From: Puniceicoccaceae bacterium
Lineage (GTDB): Bacteria; Verrucomicrobiota; Verrucomicrobiia; Opitutales; Oceanipulchritudinaceae
NCBI GenBank assembly: GCA_040830765.1
Contig: JBFOMH010000005.1
Span: 192,001-256,000 of the forward strand
Reading direction: 5' to 3'
Length of the DNA: 64,000 bases
Part shown: in pieces, positions 36,997 through 45,255 of the stretch
Numbering within the stretch: position 1 is the first letter of the stretch
How the letters are laid out: the number at the start of each line of letters is the position of its first letter
Program-made: the position numbers and the translations under genes
The notes under the pieces: model-generated
Databases searched by the model: none
Seen by the model: only the letters and a program-made list of their open reading frames with translations
What the model was told of the DNA's origin: nothing

Positions 36997-39120
36997 TTAC
37001 TCCACGACTGTCCAATCTCCAGCATTGTAGTTCCAGAAGTACCGCATGCCGGCGTAGCGGCCGCTGTAGTACATCCAGGTGGCAGCGCTCAGGTCATACA
37101 TGAGCGGATAGACTTCCTCGTTGGTCCACTTCCAGGAATTGGTGCGGACGTCGTAGAGGTAGATGGTGCTGGAATCACCGGTCACATAGAGGTGGCCGTG
37201 CTCGAAGTGGTAGATCCAGCCCGTTTCGCTTTGCGGGGCATAGAACTCAAACCACTGTGAGTAGAACCACTCCCCACCGACGGGGATATTGGCACCGTTG
37301 AAGAGACCCGTGTAGGGATCCGAGACTGCCTCGATGGAGGCCTTGAGGATTTGGGCCACATAGCGCGGATTGTGCATCCCGTGACTGCCGTCTTCCTCAA
37401 CTGCCATGTAGTTGTACAGGGCCTTTGCTTCCATTGGGGTATAATCGAGATCGGGATCCCGGACGACTCTTGGTTCGCCATAAGGCGGCAGCTTCATGGC
37501 CAGGGCTTCGAGCAGATGGTGGATTTCCGTCTGCAGGCCTTCGAGATGGCCGTCATAGTTGTAGTCGACGGTCGGGATGTCGAAGGTGTCGAGCGGGCCG
37601 TGGCACTGGTAGCAAGCACCGGTCAGCGGCACGTCATCAGAATGGTCTTCCGGTGTGTCATTGTCCCAGACAATCTTGAAGGTGTGGTCACCAGCCTTGT
37701 TGTGGAACGGATCGTTGTTACGGTCCGTTGACTGCATGTGGCAGGAGGCACAGCTGTTTTCAAGAATGTAGAGGTGGGAGGAGGCTCCGCCCTGGACCTT
37801 GTCAAACTCAACGAGGTTGGTCCCGTTGAAGATGTCACCCTGGACCCCGTAGTGCGGGCCGAAGTGACTCGAGGTCACGCCCCGGTCCGTGTAGGAGTCC
37901 GCATCGCGACGGGCCTTGTGGCAGTTCATGCAGAACTTTCCGGTACCCCCTTCAGTGACCATGTGGCCATTCTCCAGTTCGATGTCAGCGAGGGTCCTCA
38001 GCTGATGTTCGTTTTCAGCACTGTGCGGATCGTGACAGGCGGCACAGACGATGGCTTCATACTCGAAGCTCTTCTCTTCTTGCGGGACGCCGTCCATTTC
38101 CTCAATGAAACCAATACCGCTGTGGCAACGGACACAGCTCAAGCGGCGCTCTGACCCGGTTGGGTAACGGGTGGCGACCGAGTGAGCGGAAAGGTTCCAC
38201 TGCTGATTGCGATTATGGTAGGGTTCCTCGTCGTGGCACTGGCCGCAATCACCGGAGCTGAGGCTGACGGCTGTTGTGGTCAGATCACCATGGTGCTCGC
38301 TACCGGCACCGTGGCAATGCTCACACTGGATATTGGCCTTGGCCTGCAGGGCCGGGTCCATGCCTGCCCAAACACCGGGCTCAAGGACTTCCGGGAATGT
38401 CCAGCCGACCGACTCCGCAACCGCGGAGAAGCTGCCGTTGTCAACGCCTTCGACGTGACCACCCAATGTGTGGCACTCGATGCAGTTGGAATTATAGTGG
38501 CTGCTCTTGAGGCCGTCGATGGCTTCCGTGAACATCGAAGCGTGGCCGGTGCCCATGTAATTGACAGCCTGCTCCCCATGGCAAAGGGCGCACTGAGGAT
38601 AACTGGGAGATGCTCCGCCCATGAGTCCAACACCAACGTAGGTGGCACCGGTGACCTGTGCGGTCAGGACCAGGGCTTCGGCGTCCGTCTGGACAACGGC
38701 CTGGACCATGTACTTCCCGACGGCGTCAGGAACGAAGAGCTTGCGTCCGGCGACATCAAGGACTTCGCGGTCGCCGGGAGAATAAATTGGTAAATCACCG
38801 AGGGGGGAATCCTCTAGCTCGGCCACTGAGGGCGGACTGGCCAGGGGGCGCTGTTCGATGCTCCAGGTCACTCCGTTGACAACAGTTCCAGAAGGAACCT
38901 GTGCTTCCAGATAAACCGGTTCGCCAACCGCCACAACAAGCAGGCCAGCCGAGGCATGGACGCCTTCAGGCAGTTCGTTGTCGTGAATCTCCTGAGGTGT
39001 CAGGGGACGGGCGTCTATCTTCTGCGCCAAGGTCATGTTGGTGCCGGCGAATAAAACGACAGCTGCCAAGATGAGCGTTATCGGTGTAGTATATCTCGTT
39101 ATTAGTCGGGGATGTTTCAT
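36997..39120 (-). CDS. Secreted nonaheme cytochrome c (NrfA/OcwA-like fold) with N-terminal beta domain and Trp/Tyr-rich C-terminal domain
   Basis: Signal peptide; CALCH, CIECH, CEHCH, CGQCH, CVRCH, CAACH, CMNCH, CASCH, CYQCH; EDGSHGMHNPRY helix motif; no CXXCK. Confidence 0.8.
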   Translation of the reverse strand: MKHPRLITRYTTPITLILAAVVLFAGTNMTLAQKIDARPLTPQEIHDNELPEGVHASAGLLVVAVGEPVYLEAQVPSGTVVNGVTWSIEQRPLASPPSVAELEDSPLGDLPIYSPGDREVLDVAGRKLFVPDAVGKYMVQAVVQTDAEALVLTAQVTGATYVGVGLMGGASPSYPQCALCHGEQAVNYMGTGHASMFTEAIDGLKSSHYNSNCIECHTLGGHVEGVDNGSFSAVAESVGWTFPEVLEPGVWAGMDPALQAKANIQCEHCHGAGSEHHGDLTTTAVSLSSGDCGQCHDEEPYHNRNQQWNLSAHSVATRYPTGSERRLSCVRCHSGIGFIEEMDGVPQEEKSFEYEAIVCAACHDPHSAENEHQLRTLADIELENGHMVTEGGTGKFCMNCHKARRDADSYTDRGVTSSHFGPHYGVQGDIFNGTNLVEFDKVQGGASSHLYILENSCASCHMQSTDRNNDPFHNKAGDHTFKIVWDNDTPEDHSDDVPLTGACYQCHGPLDTFDIPTVDYNYDGHLEGLQTEIHHLLEALAMKLPPYGEPRVVRDPDLDYTPMEAKALYNYMAVEEDGSHGMHNPRYVAQILKASIEAVSDPYTGLFNGANIPVGGEWFYSQWFEFYAPQSETGWIYHFEHGHLYVTGDSSTIYLYDVRTNSWKWTNEEVYPLMYDLSAATWMYYSGRYAGMRYFWNYNAGDWTVVE

Positions 39121-39215
39121 TGGTATACCTTGATGAGCTATTAAAAACTTTAACTCTATGTATACACATTATAACGAAATCGAATACCTGCGTAGCGAGT
39201 ATTTGTGCTCAGATG

Positions 39216-39231
39216 TGGTAATATTTTACCA
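39216..39231. promoter_or_regulatory. Candidate operator upstream of the cytochrome operon
   Basis: Inverted repeat TGGTAA-TATT-TTACCA in the AT-rich intergenic region ~100 bp upstream of the nonaheme start. Confidence 0.4.
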
Positions 39232-39280
39232 ATTTCTAAACCCCGAAACGCCGCCCCGGAAGGGTGGCCTGAGGCACCGC

Positions 39281-40399
39281 CTAAAGCCGGTGTGTTTCCC
39301 GGTACTTGGCCGGGCTCATATCCTTGTAGCGTCGGAAGACCTTGGAGAAGTAACTCTGGTCGCAGAATCCGGTTTCGTTGGCTATATGAGCAAGGGTGTT
39401 GGAGGACCGGACCAGCAGCATGCAGGCCCGCTCAATGCGGTACTGGTTGAGCAGGTCGGTGAAGGTCCGGCCCTTCTTTTCGCGGATAAGCCGGGAAAAG
39501 TGACTCGGGCTGATACCGACCGCCTTGGCAACGGATTCCCGGGTCAGGTCCTCACTGATGTGGTTCTCGAGGTAGGTGGTGGCCTTCTCGATGAGCAAGT
39601 CGTCAGGATTCTTCGGACTTTGCCGTGAAAAGAGGCTGAAGCGGTTGAAAAAGGACTCCAGGAGGACCATGATGGCTGCCTTGTCCTGGGCGGAGGACAA
39701 GGTATGCAGCAGGGAGCCTGCCTCGGAAAAGGCAGCGTAGGCGTCCATTCCGCCCCGGGTGAATTGCCGCTTGGTCTCGTAGACGAGATCCCCGACAAGT
39801 CCACGAAGCAGGTCAACCGGAAGATCCGGGGATTCCATGAAGGCGGACCGGAGCTTGTTGAAATGCTTCTCGGCAGCCTCAAATTCGGCCATTTGCATGC
39901 TGTCGATGAGCTCCTTGCCAAATTGGTCGAACTGCTCTCTCAACTGCTGGAAATCCTTGCGATGGACAAAGCGGTGGATGTTGCCGAGATCCTTGGGCCC
40001 CAGGTGGCTCAAATCGGGCAGGATCTGATGTTCTTCCATGAGCCGGTAGAGCTCGGCACAGGCATCGCTGAACTTGTCCTCGTCGAGGACGCCCTCCTGC
40101 TCACCGCCGATGACGATCAAGCCGCCGACAGTCTTCCCGTTGACGGCAAAGGGCAGTCCCCAGAGAATGTAGCCTTGGTGGCAGGCATCAATGCAGACTT
40201 TCCCGGTCCGCAGCGCTTCTGAGACGATTTGCTCCCGGCATTCGCGGCAGGATCGCATGCAGGGAAACTTGTCGCAATCCGGAAGGCCCATCTGGATGGC
40301 CCCGTTGGTATCCGAAAGGACCAGGTTATACCCGGTCCGGCTCTCGTAAGTCTCCTGGAGCTGCCTGAAAAAAGCGGGGTTGAAGGTACCGTTTAACAT
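39281..40399 (-). CDS. AraC-family regulator with N-terminal PocR-like sensor domain
   Basis: C-terminal AraC HTH (VAKAVGISPSHFSRLIRE..GFCDQSYFSKVFRR); N-terminal Cys-rich region ending CHQGY..P. Confidence 0.82.
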   Translation of the reverse strand: MLNGTFNPAFFRQLQETYESRTGYNLVLSDTNGAIQMGLPDCDKFPCMRSCRECREQIVSEALRTGKVCIDACHQGYILWGLPFAVNGKTVGGLIVIGGEQEGVLDEDKFSDACAELYRLMEEHQILPDLSHLGPKDLGNIHRFVHRKDFQQLREQFDQFGKELIDSMQMAEFEAAEKHFNKLRSAFMESPDLPVDLLRGLVGDLVYETKRQFTRGGMDAYAAFSEAGSLLHTLSSAQDKAAIMVLLESFFNRFSLFSRQSPKNPDDLLIEKATTYLENHISEDLTRESVAKAVGISPSHFSRLIREKKGRTFTDLLNQYRIERACMLLVRSSNTLAHIANETGFCDQSYFSKVFRRYKDMSPAKYRETHRL

Positions 40400-40455
40400 C
40401 GGGGGAACTGCCCCAAATGATGGCTCACCGGATACCTGTCTGGCAACGCTTTTTC

Positions 40456-42300
40456 TCACTCTGCAATTTCCTTTCTGAGGCGGACCGGAAAGAGCCATTC
40501 GAGGAATATCATGGCGAATTGGGAGAACCAGAACACCAGAAGCCAGAAAAAGGCACTATCCATGAATCCGTAGGAGTGCAGACCGACGCCGAGCATATTT
40601 GTTCCAAACCACGACCAGGCCGTGATGACATTCCCGATGATGGAGAGATTGACCAGCCCACGGGTCTTGATGAGACCGCCCCGCAGGGCATGGAGGATCA
40701 TGGCCGTCCAGAGGACAATCATGAGGGCCCCGTTTTCCTTCGGATCCCAGCCCCAGAAGCGTCCCCATGACTGGTCAGCCCAGATGCCGCCAAGGACTGT
40801 CCCGACAAAGCTGAAGAGCAGGGAAAAACAAACAGCGCCATAGATCATCCGGTGGAAGGACTGCTGCATCTCCTTGGGCATTCCACTCCGGGTACGGAAC
40901 CAGCCGTTCAAAGTGTAAATAATGCCCAGGAAGCCGGCCAGGAATGTGGCTCCATAGCCCATCGTAATCGTGATCACGTGGGTACTGAGCCAGAAGTTGG
41001 AATTCAGGACGGCCCGCATCTTCTCCATCGTGTCGCCGGTATCGGAAAGATGGTGCGCGACCAGCAGGGTCAGGAAACCAACTGTTGCCGCGGCTAGTGA
41101 CCCGACACCCTTGCGTTGGAAGTGCTCAAAGATGAGGCTCAGCAGAACCGCTACCCAGCCGACAAAAACAGCTGAGGAATAGAGGTTTGTCACCGGTGCA
41201 TAGCCGGTAATGATCACCCGCAGGACCAGTCCGGCGGTGTGAATGACAAAGCCAATCCACAAGATCCGGTAGGCATTGGCGAGGAACACCTTGGGCGTAA
41301 AGAGCCAGCCGAGGAAAACCAGCAGGGTCACAAGGACATAAAGAGCCAAAGCGACGATAAAGGGTTGGCTCTGGTTGAAATAGAACTCCATCACCGGATG
41401 CTCGCCGGTTTTGGCAACCGCGGGAGCGAAAGCCGCCAGCTCTGCGGCAGCTTCGGCAAAGGCCTCGGCATCCCCACCCTGCCTGGCCTGGGCCAGCTTG
41501 CCAAGGGTGACCATTTGCTCGGGAAGGCCACCGGTCATCGGAATGCCCTCGACCATGACGTCGCCGGGTTTCTTCCACTCCCCATTGTAGTTGAGCAGGA
41601 AGATGGTAGTCCGGGACATTTCGCTAAGCTGCTGCATGTGCATGCGCAGCATCGGGGAATCGAGGTTCTGGGGCGTTGACTGGCCCGAAGCGGCAAACTG
41701 GTTGGCCGCCTCCATGACACTGTTGACGACTCCGTTGTAGAAGCTCGGTACACTCTGTCGCAAACGCAGCGGATACACCGTCTGGGCAACCATCTGGTAG
41801 AGGGCCAGATTGCCATAGAGCTGGTTGATCGCCGTCTCGTAGGAATTGCGTTGCTTGCTGTCGGGATTTATCTGCCGGGCCTGCTCCTGGACCTTCATCA
41901 GGTAAGGCTCCAGATCCGCATAGCTGAAGTACTTCTTTGTCCCGGCTTCAAGGCCGAACATGCCCAGGATATCCGGGTGATCGATGCGGAAAACCGGTAT
42001 CTTGTCTGCTTCCTGACGATCGAAGAGCACCTCCGTCAACCAGTCGATGGCTTCCACCTTGCGACGCTCGGTGGTCCCGTCTTCCAGTTCGGCCTTGTAC
42101 TTGATGGATTGCTTGCCGCGGATAAGCAGAAGGGTGTGCCGGGCAACGGCATCCAAGGGCTTGACGCGTCCTCCTTCAAGTACCGGCATTTGACCGAGGA
42201 CCGCCTCGGCGGAGGTGTCCGGCTTGACCAGGGGTTGGGCCACCGGCCAGATGCAGAGCAGCGCCAGTAACCAGATAATGCTAATACCTGCCCATTTCAT
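40456..42300 (-). CDS. ccsA: Cytochrome c biogenesis System II heme synthase CcsA/ResC with N-terminal soluble extension
   Basis: WWD motif GGIWADQSWGRFWGWDPKEN; WLSTHV; GLHSYGF. Confidence 0.9.
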   Translation of the reverse strand: MKWAGISIIWLLALLCIWPVAQPLVKPDTSAEAVLGQMPVLEGGRVKPLDAVARHTLLLIRGKQSIKYKAELEDGTTERRKVEAIDWLTEVLFDRQEADKIPVFRIDHPDILGMFGLEAGTKKYFSYADLEPYLMKVQEQARQINPDSKQRNSYETAINQLYGNLALYQMVAQTVYPLRLRQSVPSFYNGVVNSVMEAANQFAASGQSTPQNLDSPMLRMHMQQLSEMSRTTIFLLNYNGEWKKPGDVMVEGIPMTGGLPEQMVTLGKLAQARQGGDAEAFAEAAAELAAFAPAVAKTGEHPVMEFYFNQSQPFIVALALYVLVTLLVFLGWLFTPKVFLANAYRILWIGFVIHTAGLVLRVIITGYAPVTNLYSSAVFVGWVAVLLSLIFEHFQRKGVGSLAAATVGFLTLLVAHHLSDTGDTMEKMRAVLNSNFWLSTHVITITMGYGATFLAGFLGIIYTLNGWFRTRSGMPKEMQQSFHRMIYGAVCFSLLFSFVGTVLGGIWADQSWGRFWGWDPKENGALMIVLWTAMILHALRGGLIKTRGLVNLSIIGNVITAWSWFGTNMLGVGLHSYGFMDSAFFWLLVFWFSQFAMIFLEWLFPVRLRKEIAE

Positions 42301-43511
42301 TATTTGATCCTCCGGGTCATGCGGTATCCCGCAACAGTGAACTGCCAACACAGGCCGATGGAGACGAGGATGCAGGCGATGTAAGGCACCAGCCATCCGG
42401 GATTCTTGACCACCTGGAACATGGATGCCGTATCCTGCTTGGCAAAGGAGGCCTGGTAATAGGTGCGTCCTTCGTAACGCAACGGATTGTTCATGAATAT
42501 CATGACTTCCTTTTCGTCCCCGTTCACAGCGTGCTCCACCCGTACCCGACTGGAGAAGTTGCTGGGAATATTCGTTCCGGGATAGCGGTCATGGTTGAAT
42601 TCAAGCAAGGTGATGGTGTAGGGAAGATAGGTCTTCTTGAAGCGGAGTCCGATCTGGTAGACCTGTCCGTCCACTGTGAATTCCTGCTCCGGGAAACGCT
42701 CCTCAAAAACGTTCGAGACCAGCCAGGATCCGACAACGTCACCCGCACTGAGGACATCCACGACTGCCGTGCGAATGTCCCGGCGCTCATCACTGTTGAA
42801 GGAGCCAATCGCCTTCACGCCAAGATTGAACTGGGCCCCGATGCCGCGTGTGACACCAAAGGTTTCCCGGCCCATGGCCGCCCCACCCTGGTTGATCTCG
42901 GCGTTATTGAAGACCTCCCGCACTCTCAGCTGAAGGGGAAAGAGTCCCGGTTGACCGGGAACTTCCGGTTCCAGCATCATTCCCTTTTTAAGATCCTTGA
43001 AATCGTAGGAAAAGACTCCGAGGCGACCGTCTTCCTTCTGCTTGGTCAGGTAGAACTCGTCCTCATGGAAACTGCGGATGAAATTGGCCTTACCGCCTTC
43101 ATCAAGCCACATGTAGTCTTCCTCCTGGAAGATATTGGTCACCAGCTGGCCAACCAGCAGCATGAGGATGCCGACATGGATAAAGCTGATCCCCATAATG
43201 GACCAGCGGGGCCGCCAGTAGCGCGCATGGGCAAGGACCAGATTCAGGGCCAGCAGGGGGCCAATGAGGTAGCCACCGGGGAGAACCACCGGAATGAACT
43301 TCAGGAAATTGCCTGCAGGCCAGAATTCCGGATAGCGCCAGATGGCGATAAAGCTTTCGAAGTAGATATCCTGGGCCTGGCGAATGCCGATCCGGACTTG
43401 GTCGAGCGTGCCGAAAAAGACCAGCAGGACAGAGAAACCGAGCAGGAAAACTGATAACCTGAGGGATCCCAACTCCTTCAAAAGCCGCTTCAAAAACGGG
43501 AGTATATGCAT
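42300..43511 (-). CDS. resB: Cytochrome c biogenesis System II ResB/CcsB-like protein
   Basis: LGSLRLSVFLL, HVGILMLLVG, YPGTNIPSNFSSRV, IFMNNPLRYEGRTYYQASF; TAATG overlap with ccsA. Confidence 0.82.
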   Translation of the reverse strand: MHILPFLKRLLKELGSLRLSVFLLGFSVLLVFFGTLDQVRIGIRQAQDIYFESFIAIWRYPEFWPAGNFLKFIPVVLPGGYLIGPLLALNLVLAHARYWRPRWSIMGISFIHVGILMLLVGQLVTNIFQEEDYMWLDEGGKANFIRSFHEDEFYLTKQKEDGRLGVFSYDFKDLKKGMMLEPEVPGQPGLFPLQLRVREVFNNAEINQGGAAMGRETFGVTRGIGAQFNLGVKAIGSFNSDERRDIRTAVVDVLSAGDVVGSWLVSNVFEERFPEQEFTVDGQVYQIGLRFKKTYLPYTITLLEFNHDRYPGTNIPSNFSSRVRVEHAVNGDEKEVMIFMNNPLRYEGRTYYQASFAKQDTASMFQVVKNPGWLVPYIACILVSIGLCWQFTVAGYRMTRRIK

Positions 43512-43518
43512 GGGGAAT

Positions 43519-44193
43519 TTAGAATTTTATCGAGTCGATGAAAGCACCGTAAGAATCCAACTCTCCCTCAACAGCTGAAGCCGGTCCGGCCATCTTGAAA
43601 AACCAGGTCTTGCCGTTATGGGAAACGGCGGAGACCACCATCTGGATAGCTTCACCACCAGCCGTTACCCCGGCCGGGCCAGTCAAGGACACCTGCCAGC
43701 CGTCCATTCCGGAAATCTCCACCTGCTTGACCAGGGCCAATGCGGAATCCGGGTCCAGTGGCGGGAGTCCGACCTGGCGGCGCCAGCGGTTGATATTAGC
43801 GGCTTGGCCGCCAACATCCCCCGCGAAAGCGCTCACCGAGACATCCGCCATGTTTTCCGGAGGCGTTCCGGTCTGGAAAGCTTTCAGGACCATACTTGAG
43901 GGGGCTTTCTCCACCCAGCCCTGCGGCAAAGAGAATCCGAATCCAGCCGCCGGGGCGGCGTGGGCGGAATGGTCGTGGCCATCGTGCTCGGAATGACCCT
44001 CGGGCAATTCCGCTTGCGGGCTTTCCGCAACTTCCTGGACTTCGACGTATTCCGGCTCAGCCTTGCCGCATCCGGAAATAAAGGTGGCCAAAGCCATGGA
44101 AACCATGATCAGGCCGGCATTGAAACAGGCTGCTCCGGAAAGGCCTCGAGGGCGTCCCGGCTCGACTCCATTATCAGTTGTAATAGGGGGCAT
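43519..44193 (-). CDS. His-rich putative lipoprotein upstream of resB-ccsA
   Basis: Lipobox-like ISGC; LPEGHSEHDGHDHSAH; NINRWRRQVGL and TWFFKMAGP motifs; start codon uncertain. Confidence 0.6.
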   Translation of the reverse strand: MPPITTDNGVEPGRPRGLSGAACFNAGLIMVSMALATFISGCGKAEPEYVEVQEVAESPQAELPEGHSEHDGHDHSAHAAPAAGFGFSLPQGWVEKAPSSMVLKAFQTGTPPENMADVSVSAFAGDVGGQAANINRWRRQVGLPPLDPDSALALVKQVEISGMDGWQVSLTGPAGVTAGGEAIQMVVSAVSHNGKTWFFKMAGPASAVEGELDSYGAFIDSIKF

Positions 44194-44282
44194 GGCGCAA
44201 AGGTAACCATCCCGTTTCACTGTAGTCAAGTAAGGCCGGAAATGATTTTCCGAAAAAACATCAAGGCACTTAAGGGAGCTTC

Positions 44283-44879
44283 TTAATCAAACTCCCGCCG
44301 TCCCTCGAGCGCGCTTCTCAAGGTAGTGGCATCGGCGTAGGGAATCCCTCCCCCACTCGGCAGGCCAAACCCGATGCGGCTGACCTTGACGGGAAGCCCG
44401 GCAACAATTTCCTCCTGCAGATAGTGGCAGGTGGCCTCCCCCTCGATGTCATTGGAAAGGGCAAGGATGATTTCACTAATCTCCCCGGCTTCAAGCCGCC
44501 CGCGCAAACCCGAGAAGTTGAGGTCTTCCGGGCCCACACCGTGGATCGGCGAAAGCTTTCCCTGCAGGACATGGTACCGGCCGCGATAGGCACCCGCCCG
44601 TTCCATCGAACGCAAGTCGGTAACCGATTCCACGATACAGAGCAGTGAGCTATTGCGTGAAGGATCCTGGCAGATGTCACAAGGTCCGCCTTCGCTCAGG
44701 TTCCCGCATTGCGGGCAGGCAGCAACCTTTTCGCGGGCCTGCTCGAGGGCCTCCATGAGTTCATTGCAGGCATCCGGCTTTTCTACCAGCAGGTGCAAGG
44801 CAATCCGCTCAGCGGACCGGTAACCCAGGCCGGGCAGTCGCTTCAGGCATTGCTGGAGGTACTCGAAGGAACCAGACAT
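44283..44879 (-). CDS. recR: Recombination mediator RecR
   Basis: LPGLGYRSAERIA HhH; CPQC..CDIC zinc finger; Toprim IEGEAT. Confidence 0.95.
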   Translation of the reverse strand: MSGSFEYLQQCLKRLPGLGYRSAERIALHLLVEKPDACNELMEALEQAREKVAACPQCGNLSEGGPCDICQDPSRNSSLLCIVESVTDLRSMERAGAYRGRYHVLQGKLSPIHGVGPEDLNFSGLRGRLEAGEISEIILALSNDIEGEATCHYLQEEIVAGLPVKVSRIGFGLPSGGGIPYADATTLRSALEGRREFD

Positions 44880-44895
44880 GTCCGGACAGCCTTTC

Positions 44896-45210
44896 CTAAA
44901 GTCCGGGCATTCCCGGAACCTGAAATTCCGACGTGACGGCCTGCATGGCCTCCTCGCTCCTCGAGGACGCTTCCTTGAGGGCGTTTTGCACCGCCTCGAG
45001 GATCGTCTCCTCGACGAAGGCGGCATCCTCCTTGAGGAATTCCGGGTCCAACTTGATCCCCTTGATTTCCGACTGCAGGGATACGGTCACTGTGACCGCT
45101 CCTCCCCCACTGGCGATATCAATATTCTGTTGGGCGAGTTCTTCCTGCAAAGCGGTCATTTTCTTCTGCAGCTTCGCCATCTGCTTCATCATTTTACCAA
45201 GTCCTGCCAT
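44896..45210 (-). CDS. ybaB: YbaB/EbfC nucleoid-associated protein
   Basis: MMKQMAKLQKKM..SGGGAVTVTV; adjacent to recR. Confidence 0.9.
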   Translation of the reverse strand: MAGLGKMMKQMAKLQKKMTALQEELAQQNIDIASGGGAVTVTVSLQSEIKGIKLDPEFLKEDAAFVEETILEAVQNALKEASSRSEEAMQAVTSEFQVPGMPGL

Positions 45211-45255
45211 GATGTTGAGACGGTTCCCAAGAGCGGGAAGAAAGTCAAGTCTGGC

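Noticed and set aside
36997..39120. nrfA nitrite reductase or mtrC
   Set aside because: Nine hemes with no CXXCK catalytic motif argue against nrfA; the lack of a lipobox and of the MtrC 5+5 heme layout argues against mtrC
39130..39144. FNR box TTGAT..ATTAA upstream of the cytochrome operon
   Set aside because: The spacing is 5 rather than 4 bp and it lies in the ribosome-binding region
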